From the NCBI GenBank assembly GCA_905178155.1, contig CAJINV010000018.1, positions 130,479 through 194,478 of the forward strand: a DNA stretch of 64,000 nucleotides, read 5' to 3'. This stretch comes from Amoebophrya sp. A120. Lineage: Eukaryota; Protista; Dinoflagellata. Shown here piece by piece: positions 12,501 to 24,500 of this stretch. The stretch's first letter is position 1. Every line of letters starts with the position of its first letter. The notes beneath the pieces were generated by a model. It was given only the letters and a program-made list of their open reading frames with translations, was not told the DNA's origin and made no database searches. Made by a program: the position numbers and the translations under genes.

Positions 12501-15500
12501 ATGCACTACAAATCTTTTTCTGAAGGTAAATCAGCATTACAAATTTCATTTCTCATCCTGAGGGAATTTGTCATGCATTTGTAGGAGTACGATCCTTTTG
12601 CAGTTCATACTGCGTCGGGGCCATCAGTTCGTTCCAGTGCTTCCCCGCGCCGGAGGGGAACAGGTAGTCGTTTGACTCGGTCAAGGAGAGGGCGAAAAAC
12701 GCGTTTTCGACCAGAACGCGGATCTGCCGGGGGTTTAGCATCATCTTCCTCAGCAACTCGTTCCCTAACGGAATCTGGAACCGGTTCCTGCGGATTTCGT
12801 CCAAGACTTGCTCGGTCATCTGGTCCATCAGCACGTCGTCCTCCCACGGGTCTTTGCCCATCAGCTCGGTGTCGTAGGGGATCTCGTTCGCCATCTCCCA
12901 GATGCGGACGACTATAAATTGCAAAAATATCGCACGTCGTGTAAATGCATATACAAATTTCCTCAGCATGACAAATGTAATTTGTAGTGCGAATTTACCT
13001 TAACAAAAGGATTTGCAATGCATGATTGCACAATACGAGTACGATACTTTTGCACAGGATAACGACCACAGGTGCGCAATACTCCAGATCGTCGACCTCG
13101 TGGGAAATGTAGAGAGACTTGTCCGCGTTGTCGATGGTCAGACTGTCGACCTCGTCAATCACGGTGACCAGTTCCACCGACATTTTTTCCTTCGCGGGCA
13201 CCATGTTGTCGCGGATCTTCTGCTTGTCGTACTCGGACAGCAAAAAGTCCCGCTCGTACGCTCCGATTTCCCCGTAAATGATATCCGTTTCCAGGTACAT
13301 AAAGTGCCGGGCTTTGGTGTGCTTCTCGTACATATCCTTCGCGTTAGAGTTTGCCTTGATCCCGGTGGTGTCGTAGAAAACGGACCACTCTTCATACTAT
13401 CATGTGCAAAAACGTCCCAGTTTATTTTCTGAGATGGGAAAAAATCTTCTGCTTCTGCTAGACAACTCAACTAACAGGTCTTGGTTGTTGCTCATGGCAC
13501 CAGCTTTATTCGGCTCGCGATGTACTAGCCGTGCATAGCTAGCTAGCGCTGAGCAGCAACACAGATCAAGCATCTCATGCTGATTGAGGCACCACAAACT
13601 CGTCCAAAACAACGAGAAAATTATACCTCTCATGGGGCTGCGCATGAGAAACATTTTAGGCATGCAGATATGCATGCCAGCTCTGGTACTCAAAATCTTT
13701 GGGACGTTTTTACCATGGATACATACTGGGTCTTCGCCAACACCCGGTTACTGGTCATCATGTCCACCTTGAATTTCTTGCTCGCGGGATCCTGAGTAAA
13801 AACGTACCCACACCAGAGTCAAAATGGGAAAACTGCTAGACAAATCATCCAGCTTTGGTTATTCCGCATGACAAGTTTGCCCTCGTAGTGTAATCCAGTT
13901 TAGCTAGTTCCGAAGCATCACAGATCTAGCACATCATGCCGATTCTAGCATCACAAATTCCAAAACACGACTAGAAAACGGCTCTCATGGGGCTCCGCAA
14001 GAGAAACGTTTTTGGCATGCAGATTTACATGACAACTCTGGGGTGGGGACGTTTTTCCTCAAAATATGCGGCTAAAGCGACCGAGAGCAGGGCGACGACG
14101 TGCGACTTGCCCTCACCGGTCTCCACCTGCCCCAAGCGGCCGCGGTTCGTCGTTTGCGTCTTCACCGCGTGCCGGTCACTTGCGAGATCGGACAACGGGC
14201 AAGTCAAGCACAACTCTTTGTTGTCGTTGTCCGTGACCGGGCCGCGCTTCGGCTCGTTTTGCTTTGAGGGTAAAGCCTCTTCCTTCATCAATTTTTCCAC
14301 CCGCTTCATGATCTTCTCCTGCTGGTCCGTGGTACTAGACGCAGAAATATCACATGTAAAAATGTCTGGGTCTGGAAACTTGTGATGCTGTGTGGCGTAT
14401 CATGAGGAGGCCACAGTTGAGGGCTCAGCATGACAAGTTTCTGAGCTTCTAGATGTTGCCTATTCTGCATGACAAACTACGTTTCTGCATGACAGAAAAG
14501 TGGGGCTCTTTGGTAATGTGCATGACAGATTCAAGAGTCATGCCAGAAAAGCATGACAAACTTGCATTCTTCCAGATCCAGACATTTTTGCATTTCATAA
14601 GAAAAGCCTGTGTCGTCATCCAACATTTCCTGGTCGGATTCCGATTTCGACTTCCCGAACGCGTTATCAAATGTAAAAATGTCTGGGTCTGGAAGAATGC
14701 AACTTGTGATGCTGCATTTGGATTGCAAGAAAATCTGTATTGCATCAGTACTAAAGGAAATGCAATTTTTGCTACGCTGAGAAGGCATTTGTCATGCGGA
14801 AGAAGCATCAGAAAGCCCTCAGAAAATCTGTATTGCTAGGGTATGCATCACAGACATCATGGCTCATGCAAAACGTGCATGCCAAGTGTCAGAATCTTCC
14901 AGACCCAGACATTTTTACACTTGATACGCGTCCAAAAACATGATGACGGCGATCACCTGCACGTCCCGCGCAAACATGTCTCTCGAGAGCAGCAAAGCCC
15001 GCTGCATCACGGCAACTAACGTGTGGAAGTGCGGCTTGCGCCAGTCGTAGATCCTCGCTGGGTCTTTGTCGATCATTTCGACCCCGAAGGACCGGATCCA
15101 CTGCTGGATGTCCTCACTGTTCCACTCGCAAATCGGCTTCTGGTCCGAGATATCAAATGTAAAAATATCTGGGCCTGGAAACTTGTGATGCTGTGTGGCG
15201 TATCATGAGGAGGCCACAATTGCTGGCTCAGCATGACAAGTTTCAGAGCTTCTAGGTGTTGCCTATTTTGCATGACAACCTACGTTTCTGCATGACAGAA
15301 AAGTGGGGCTCTTTGGTAATGTGCATGACAGATTTAAGAGTCATGCCAGACAAGCATGACAAACTTGCATTCTTCCAGACGGAGACATTTTTACACTTGA
15401 TACGAGATCAACTCCTCCAGTGCCGGGTTGTCGTTGAAATACACCCGGTATCACCTGCAAAAATGTCTGGGTCTGGAAGGATGCAAGGTTTGTCATGCAC

Positions 15501-18500
15501 AGTTTGCATGAGTCTTGACGTTTGTGATGCATGCCCTAGCATCACAGAGTTTGTGAGGGCTTCCTGATGCCTATACCGCATGAGAAATGCCCTCTCGCCG
15601 TGGCAAAAACTGGACCTCCTTTACTGTTCACGCAATACAGATTTTTGTAGTATCCAAATGCAGCATCACAAGTTCCACTCTTCCAGACCCAGACATATTT
15701 GCAATGCATACCTGGCTTTGCGGCTTCGAGTTCTTCAACAGCTGCTCTTCGAAGGGAACTGCAGGGGCGTTGCTTTCACCGCCCGAAGTAGCGGCTGCAA
15801 CCGTGTTTCTGCTACTTTGGATCGACGGCGCGGGTAAGTAATACTGCAAGTGGATTTGCGACAGCGCGTCGGACAGTCTCTTCTGAAACACGTTCTTCTT
15901 CGCGGTCGACAACATCGGGTCCGGGCCGGCTTTCACCTTCAAATGCTATCCAGGGAGTAAAGGGCTACAGTTCTTACCCGTTTCCGTTTGTAGTGAATGC
16001 AGCATCTTCACAAAGTTGCCTTGCATGACAGAGAAAACTTGCAATGCTGAGATCATATGGCAACACACAACTGAAACGAGGCTCGCAAGAATCTTGCGCA
16101 TGACAGAGGTTGTTTGCCTTGCATGCTTTGCAACACAGTGTGGAACTACTGCAGCTGCCCTTTTTTCTTTGCATAAATGCCGCGAGTTCGTCAATTCCTT
16201 CCGATATTCTTCCTCGGCGTCCTTCTGCGCCGCCTCTTGCCTGAGCTCAAACTCGAGCCGATATCACTATGAAAAATCCCCCCTCCCCATATCAAAATGG
16301 AAACTTCTGATGCTGATTTGCGTACACAAATCAGCTTTGTATTGCAGAGAGGCACTCGGGGAAAGCTCCAGGCTGGATAGGGGCGTATGTGTCTAGTTGT
16401 TCAGCATGGCAAACGGCTCCCCTTTAGGCCCAAGAGCATGACAAATCGCTTCCATAATGGGGCGAAAGCTCCTACCCTTGTCTACTTGCAAGACGAATAT
16501 GATTTGTGACCTCAAATCAGCAACACAAATTTTCGAAGTCATACATTTTCAATAGAGGGGGGCGAATTTTCCTTTCAATAGCCGACTGTCGTTCCACACG
16601 TTGCTATCTCCGATGCGCTGCACGAGCGTTATGGATGTGTCAGGATCGAAATCGACAAAATCGAAATAAAACTTGTGATGCACAAAATCGATACCAGTTG
16701 GAGCCTCTGTGTCCGAGTGGCGCATAACAAATTTTGGGAGCATCAAAATCCAGTCTCTCATGCTGTTTGGGCAAAGAAGACTGCGCCTGTCATGCTATTC
16801 TGGCAGTACATCTTTAGGGCTAAACAGGCTTGCAATCGGTCTCATGTGCCTCCTCTCCAACACAAGCCTTCTGCGCCCTACATTTTATGCATTACAAATT
16901 TTTCGATTTTGTCAATTTCGATTCTGACACTTCCATAAGCGTTTGCCGCGCCGCGTCCCCGGCGGAGGTCTTGTGCGTGGAGCAGTACTTTCTCAAGGTG
17001 GCCTTCAATAATGCGATCTCGTTCTTTTCCATCTCCTTGATAAAAGCCTGCGCATCCGAGAACGATTTCGCCTCCAAGGTTTTCACCATTTGCTCCTGCT
17101 CCTGGTTCGTGAATTCGCCCAGCCGCTCCATCTGCGCGGCCTCAATGTCCACCCCCTGCTGCATGAATTGGCTCGGCATCACACGCAGCGCGTCCGGAAC
17201 ATCTTTCCCCCCGCCCATGGCGTTGTCCCGCAGCGTCTGCAGCTGCCGGATCTTCCCGACCTTCCCGGACATGATTTGGTTGTGCTCGTGGAACAACCGC
17301 TCCAGCTCCGTTTCGTACCAGATCGTCCTGGTGTAAACCTGTTGCTCCACCATGTTCGCGGCCGCTTTCTCCTGCGGGGTGCCGGACTGCCGAATACGGT
17401 CCTGTTCCTGCTGCTGCCTGTCCGCCGTGTTTTCATCATCGGACTCCTCCTGTTGGTTCCTGACTCGGGCGGCTTTCGCCGTCGCCTTCATCTTCGCGAT
17501 GTCCTGCTGTTGCCTCCAGCGCTGCTCCCCCTTCTCGTAGGCTCCGTTGACTTTCTGCTTAATCTCGTTGAACACGAGTTCCAGCACCCCCCCGGGGCCC
17601 GTCATCGGCCGGTTGACGAAATCTGGGTTGGTGGAGGCGGAGATCAAAGTCCCATCCCTGTCGATGTAGTAGCTTCCGATCTTGGCCGCGGTGTAGACGT
17701 TGTCAACGATAAACCCGACGAGCAAACTATCCTGAGCAAAAACGTCCCCGCCCCAGAGTCAAGATGGGAGAACCGCTACACAAATCAACCACCTTTGGCT
17801 GTTGCGCATGACAAGCTTTGCCTCGTAGTGTAATGCTGTTTAGCTAGTCCAGAAGCATCACAGATCTAGCATATCGTGCTTATTGGAGCATGACAAGTTC
17901 CCAAACACGACTGGAAAATGCTCCTCATGGGGCTGCGCACGAGAAACATTTTCGGCATGCAGATTTGCATTACAACTATGTGGTGGGGACGTTTTTACTC
18001 AGGATACAAACCGCCGAGATCCTTCGAGCGCGCTCGGAACTCGGACTCCAAGTCTTCCAATTTCTCGATATCATACGCCTTCCCATCCGCACCCAGGGAG
18101 ACCGCGTAGCAGTCCTTCTCCCACTGCTTCGCATTCACGGACAATTTCGGCGGTTTCGGGCGGAAAATGGAAAATTTCTGGTCCAGATTCGACCGGGCGA
18201 AGACGATATGCTGTTTCAGGGTATTCGGACCTATGTAGGACGGCGCGGCCACGAGATTGCAGGAGCTGCCCCCCTCAGGCGGGTCGTCATCTTGCTCAAC
18301 ACCAGCACAGGGGTTGCTGTCAAACAGCTTCCCGTACTTCTGCAACCCCTTCTCATCGGCCTTCGCAGCGATTTCCGGCGGCAGCTCTCGCAGAACCTCC
18401 AGCGAGTCTTCGTTCAATACGTACTCGCCCGAGGCGAACCGCCGCGAGATTTGCCACAGCTGGTCATACAACGGCTCCCGGAGATGGGACCCGGGTCGGT

Positions 18501-21500
18501 CGTCTTCGAACGCTTTGTATTTCCGCTCTTCCAGTTCGGACCCCGAGCTGCTGCGCGTCGCGTCCGCAATCATCGGCAACATCTTTTCCATGATCCAGTT
18601 GAACTGCCGCTTGATGTGCGACCCGACGGGGAGCTTCTGGACGGAAACATATGGATTGCAAAAATGTCTGGGTCTGGAAGAGTCGGGACTTGTCATGCAC
18701 ATTTTGCATGACCCGTGAGGTCTGTGATGCTGGTGCTAGCACCACAGATTTTTGAGAGCTTCTTGATGCTAATTTACGCATGAGAAATTCCCTCTCCGCG
18801 TGCCAAGAGCTGACTCCTCTTGCTGCTCATGCAACACAGATATTTTTAGAATCCGCAGACAGCATTACAAGTTGCAGTCTTCCAGACAGACCCAGACATT
18901 TTAACATTTGATAAAACAAACGCGTTGCTGAAGTCGTGAATCGTGCCGCTCCGGCCGCTATCCTGTGCAAAAGTATCGTACTCGCACGAATGCAACTCTT
19001 GCATTACAAATCCCGTTCTCAAGGCAAATCAGCATGGCAAATTTTCTTTCTCATGGTGCTGAGGAAATTAAAATTTGTAATGCAATAACCACTAATAAGA
19101 TAATACTTTTGCATTGCATAGCCGCCGAACTTGAAGGGCGGCACGCCGGACAGAGTCAACAGTTTCTCGAAATGCACCTGCTTCAGCGCCAAAATCCACA
19201 TGAAGAGTGAGGCGGGTTTTAAAACTCTCTTATTGAGAGGAAAAATCCCCCCTCCCCATACCAGAACGGGATACTACTCAAAATTTGTCATGCTGATTTG
19301 AGGTCACAAATCGTCTCTGTAATGCAAGAAGACAAATAAAAAAACCCCGCCGCGTTATGCAGGCAATTTGTGATGCTGTCTGGCCTACAGAGAATATCCC
19401 TACCTTGCTAGGCGCCTACACCAAAACATCCCTAATCCGGCTTTGTATCTGTCTGCAGTTCTCTATTGCAAGACAAAGCCGATTTGTGTACACAAATCCC
19501 GCATCACAGATTTCCATCTCGATATGGGGTGGGGGGATTTTTCCTTTTGATATCTCTGTTGAAATTCGCAGTCCGCGTACACCTTGTCGACCAATTGCTC
19601 TTCCAATTCCGGCATCAAATGCGAATATGTCTGAGTCTGGAAGGATGCAATGTCTGCCATGCATATACTTTCGCATGACTCATGTTGATTGTCTGTCGTC
19701 CGCGTAGCACAAACTGGGCTCCTGTTGCTGGTCATGCAATACAGAATTCTTTAGAATCCGAAGACAGCATCACAAGTTCCAACTTTCTAGACCCAGATCG
19801 ATATTTGCAGTGCATATCCGGGTTCTCGTCCTCCTCCGGGTTTTTGATCTCGATCACGGAATACTCCAGCACATCCGCCGCGGCCTCGACGATACCAACT
19901 GTAAAAATGTCTGGGTCTGGAAACTTGTGATGCTAAAACGTGCATGATAGAAACACTTCCGAATGCAGACCAGCATTTTAACTTTCCGGAGCACTTTCGC
20001 ATAGGCAGCCCGCATGAGAAACTGCGTTTTTGCATGATAAAAATGGCTCCGGCTTTTGTCGGTTATGCAATACAGATTTCCCAGAAATGTAAAACTAGCA
20101 TTACAAGTTCCAACTTTCCAGACCCAGACATTTTTACATTTGATAGACGACCTCCAAAAACAAGGTGGCCCGGGCGTTGAACGAGGAGAAATTCTCATGC
20201 TTCAGCATTCCGTAGTCGCGCGCTTGAGAAAACTCACTGTTGCCCCCTGCGTCGGAACCCAACAAATCGGTCAACTTCTTCGCAAACGCGTTCAGGTAGC
20301 TGACGGGGCAGTTCAGCAAAGCCTGCTTCTCTTTCTCCCGCTCCTGCTCCCGGAAGTGCCAGGCAGCAGCATATGAAAAGGAAAAATCCCCCCTCCCCAT
20401 ATCAAAAAGGAAATCTGTGATGCTGGATTTGCGTACACAAATCAGATTTGTACTGCAGGAAGGCATTGCGGCCAGATCCCCAGGCTAGGCAGGGGCGTAT
20501 GGGTCTAGTTGTGCAGCATTGCAAACGGCTGACCTTTAGGCCCAGCAGCATGACAAATCGCTTCCATAATGGGGCGGAAGCTTCTGCCCTTGTCTTCTTG
20601 CAAGACGAATGTGATTTGTGACCTCAAATCAGCAACGCAAATTTTCGGAAAGATACCTTTTCGATATGGGGAGGGGGGATTTTTCCTCTCAATACAGCAT
20701 CGGCGGAGTCGGAAAGATCTTGGCTCATCGAGATTTGCTTCTCATCGGCCCACTTCAACTCCAATTTCCGAATATCTTTTTCGATGTTGGACTGCAATTT
20801 GGAAAGTTTTTCCTTGATGAACTTCATTTTCTCCCGTACCACCATCGGCGCTTCGTCGCTCGCCTTCACCGCCTGCTCACTGGTCCGCTCCAGCATGGAC
20901 CGGAGGGACAGGATCGCGTGGGAGACGAAAAGCGTTTCGTCCAGCCCCGGCATAATGTACTGTTCGCGGACAATAATCTCGGCGTTATTGTCACTTTTCA
21001 CCGGTACGCGCATTTCCCGTACCTCGCACTTCGGGCCGACCAGCAGGTTCGAAGCCGTCGATTTGGTCTTCGCGTGGAAGTTCTTGTTGAAGCTGAACGC
21101 CCGCTGGTGCACAATCCGGCTGGACGGCAAAGCGTTCTGCAAAACCGCAGTCGTGAACATTTCCAGCTCCGGGCGGAACTGCGACAGTTCCGTGGCGACC
21201 TGCGACGCCTGCTCTGCGCGCTTGAAGATCTGAAACCCGCACCGCTGCTCCTGCCGCGAGGGGGTCAGCAGGAACGATCTCGGTTTGGCTAGCTCTTGCT
21301 GTTTCAAAGCAGGCGTCTGGTGGTCGATGTAAAAGCTGTTGAAGAAGATGGAAAACCGCTGCAAAACCGTGGTCTCATACATCACGAGCGAGCGGAACTC
21401 GTCCTTCGTCCCCTGCTGCAGCTCCTTTACAATCGCGGCCTGGTAGTCTGCCCGCTTCTGCGACACGAGCATTTTCATCCTCGTCTGCTGCTTCAGCCGG

Positions 21501-24500
21501 GTCTTTTCCTTGTACGCCTTTTGAGACACCAAGCGCCGCCACAGCGACTGCAGTTTCTGGTACGGCTGAAAGAGTTTCTCCTGCAGTTTTTTCTGCTTCT
21601 TCTCCAACGCGGTATAAAGTGCAAAAATGTTTGGGTCTGGAAACTTGTGATGCTAAAATGTGCATGATGGAAAGGCGTCCAAATGCAGCCCAGCATGACA
21701 ACTTTCCGGACCGCTTTCTCATAGGCAGTCCGCATGAGAAACTGCGTTCTTGCATGACAAAAAGGGCTGCGGCTTTTGTGGGTTATGCAATACAGATTTC
21801 CCAGGAGTGTAAAGCTAGCATTACAAGTTCCAACTTTCCAGACCCAGACACTTTTGCAATTCATACGCCGCCTCTGCAGTCAAATTCGTGCTGTCTTCCG
21901 CCTGCAGGTATCGAAAGGGGGAGAGCGAGTAGTCTGTTTCCCTCAGCTTTTCGTATTTTTCAGCTTCTTTGCGCTTTGACTCCGCAGACTGTTCGCGCCC
22001 GATTTCTTGTTTCTGCTGAGCCAGCTGTCGCTTGTGTTCCGACACCAGCAGCCTCTCCTGCACATCCAGCCGCCGCAAATCGTATCGGTTCGTGCAGAAC
22101 AGGTGGCCGAAGGGTGTGTAGGTCAGCGCTTCCGCTTCTTCATTCACGCGATCGCGGAGGATAAGGAGGCTGCTCGGGGGGTCTTCGCTAGGGCGCGGGG
22201 CGTTCGGGTTCTTGACAACGACGACACCGCGCGTGGTTAGATGCTGCGCAAAGTCATTAATATTTGAGCCTTGTCGTGGTTGTGCGCCTGATAATGATGC
22301 GAGGGCGGAATTGGACGGCGTCTGGTTTGTTTCCTCTTCGATCCCGCTATTCGGCTGCTCAATCTCCTCATGGGTAAAGGATTCCCGGAGAATTTCCGTT
22401 TTCAGCTCGAACAGCAGCCGGGACCAATCTTTCCTCGGCGAGCCCCAGAGAATGCCGAGTAATTTCTCCTGCACCACGCGCTTTCGGTGGATCGCCTTGT
22501 GGGAGCGGAACAGAAAGGTCCGAGCGTCGGCCAGGTACTTCTGCGCTTCCTTCGTTCCGAAAAAAGTTGTCGGGGATAAAAACGCTCTTGCATCGTTACC
22601 ACCATCGTTGTGTAAGACATTGAAGTGTTTGTTACTTTCCCCCTCATCGGCAAAGGCCTTCAAGCAGAAGGTCTCGCCCTTCTTCCCCTCCGGCCCTTTG
22701 TTCGTGTGCTTCGGCGGCAGCGTGATCTTGACGAAGCTCCTGCTGTGCTGCAACGACCGTCGATTATCAAGCCGGTAGAAGAAAGATTCGCGCTGCAAAG
22801 CGTCCTCGTCGAGCGGTTCTGTTTGTCCTCCGTCGCTAGAAGTTATTTGCGGCTCTAGGTATTCGCGCTCAACATTCGACCACAACCTCGGGACGTAGGC
22901 ATGATGAGAATGTTGGCCGCTTGTTCCAGCATTATCGGTGAAACTTTCACCAACCAAAAGCGTGTTGGACGGGTTCAGACCCGATCTGGTCCCCTCGTCC
23001 ACACACATCGCGCCGATGCAATGCATGTTGTCCACGCGAAGCTTGCCATTGCTGTACCAGTTGAGAAATTCTTTGTCGTTCAACGCGTACAAACTTGCAT
23101 CTGGATCCAGTTTATCAAATGTAAAAATGTCTGGGTCTGGAAGAATGCAACTTGTGATGCTGCATTTGGATTCGAAAAAAATCTGTATTGCATGAGTACC
23201 AAAGGAAATGCAATTTTTGCTACGCTGAGAAGGCATTTGTCATGCGGAATACGCATCAAGAAGCCCCAAAAAAATCTGTATTGCTAGGGTATGCATCACA
23301 GACATCATGGCTCATGCAAAACGTGCATGACAAGTGTCAGAACCTTCCAGACCCAGACATTTTTACAGTTGATACAGTTCCTTGCCTTCCAATTTTCTCA
23401 CGTGCTCGACCGCCTTCGGGTCCAACCCCAACTCCAGAGCCGCGTTCTCATCCTCCAGCTCCATCCGGATGGTACTGGTGTCACCTCCAAAATTCGTCAA
23501 ACTGTAGGCGTCGCCTTGCTCATCCAAGTTTAGTTTGGAACTTGGCAGCTGCTGAATCGGCTGTTCGCCCGGACAGGTGTAGAGCTGGTCGTCTTCTTCG
23601 AACCGGCTTGGCACGAGGTGGTGGCCGTGCAGAATCGTCCACAATTCTCGGTTGTCCTCAAACAGCTGCCGCCGGCGCTTCCGCAGAGACTCGGGTGAGG
23701 CCGCAGGACCAATGGCATTTTCTTCTTCTTTGTCGCCAATGAAGTACCGCTCGGTCGTGTGAAAGCGAAAAGCGCCCCTAGGCTTGTAACGCAGAATGCT
23801 TCGACGTGTTTGTCCTCATGCAAAGTCTGCCTGTGGAAATCATACTCTAGTGCCTTTGTCTGTCAGAAAGGCAGCGTTTCAGTGCGGATCAGCAGCAATC
23901 TGCCCGATAGTACTGCGCCCCTATCGTACTCGGATTTTTATTCCCTACACTTTGGCGAATAACAAAGTGTACTTTATTATTTCATGATCGAAGATCGATC
24001 GCTTCTTCATGTTCATCCAAGATGACAGAAAGTTCATTCTGCTCGGAAACTTTTACATGATCGCAATAGAAGTACTTGGTCTAGGTGGCGCTTTTCAATA
24101 TCATAAGTTGGTTCCCCGATGTAGAACTCTTCTGGCTTGTTGTCATCGTCGTCATCTTCTTCATCGACGTCCATATCGCAGGAGCCGAAGTCGGTCGAGC
24201 ACTGGCTTTGCTGGTCATACTCGGCAGTCTGCGGCCGTTGCTTGTGCTTGTCATCAACTTCCATGGGACCAGCCCCAGCTGGAAGCCACGGATCGGGGTC
24301 TTGGATGTCATTCCCAGCATCATCTTTTTCATTTACGCCATGGTCGTTTTGGTATGAGAGCTCGACTTCTGCCGTGTCGTACTCGGAAAGGGGTTTTTTC
24401 TCGCGGTTGCCGAAATGCGTTGGGTCCCAAGCCCAACTCCCTTCGTCATCCCGCCGGTCGATGGCCTTCAGCAGCTTCAGGAACCGGCGCGGCAGCCGGT

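Larger units (their letters stand above)
9560..15130 (-). other. SecA-type DEAD/SF2 ATPase domain (eukaryotic SecA-like family) within the giant gene
   Basis: Motifs appear in order after splicing: RDVQVIAV (Q motif), GQVETGEGKS (Walker A), VDMMTSNRVLA (Ia), DIIYGEIGAYERDFL (Ib), VIDEVDS (Walker B), RWSNGLHQFLQLKH, GMTGTLG (III), VTTNIGGRGMDL (V), RVEEQAFGRTARCGRPGSG (VI). Confidence 0.92.

Noticed and set aside
9560-15130. Calling the ATPase a bacterial or plastid secA
   Set aside because: It is embedded in a far larger intron-rich protein with big insertions and no recognisable SecA wing/scaffold C-terminus, so no gene symbol was assigned.
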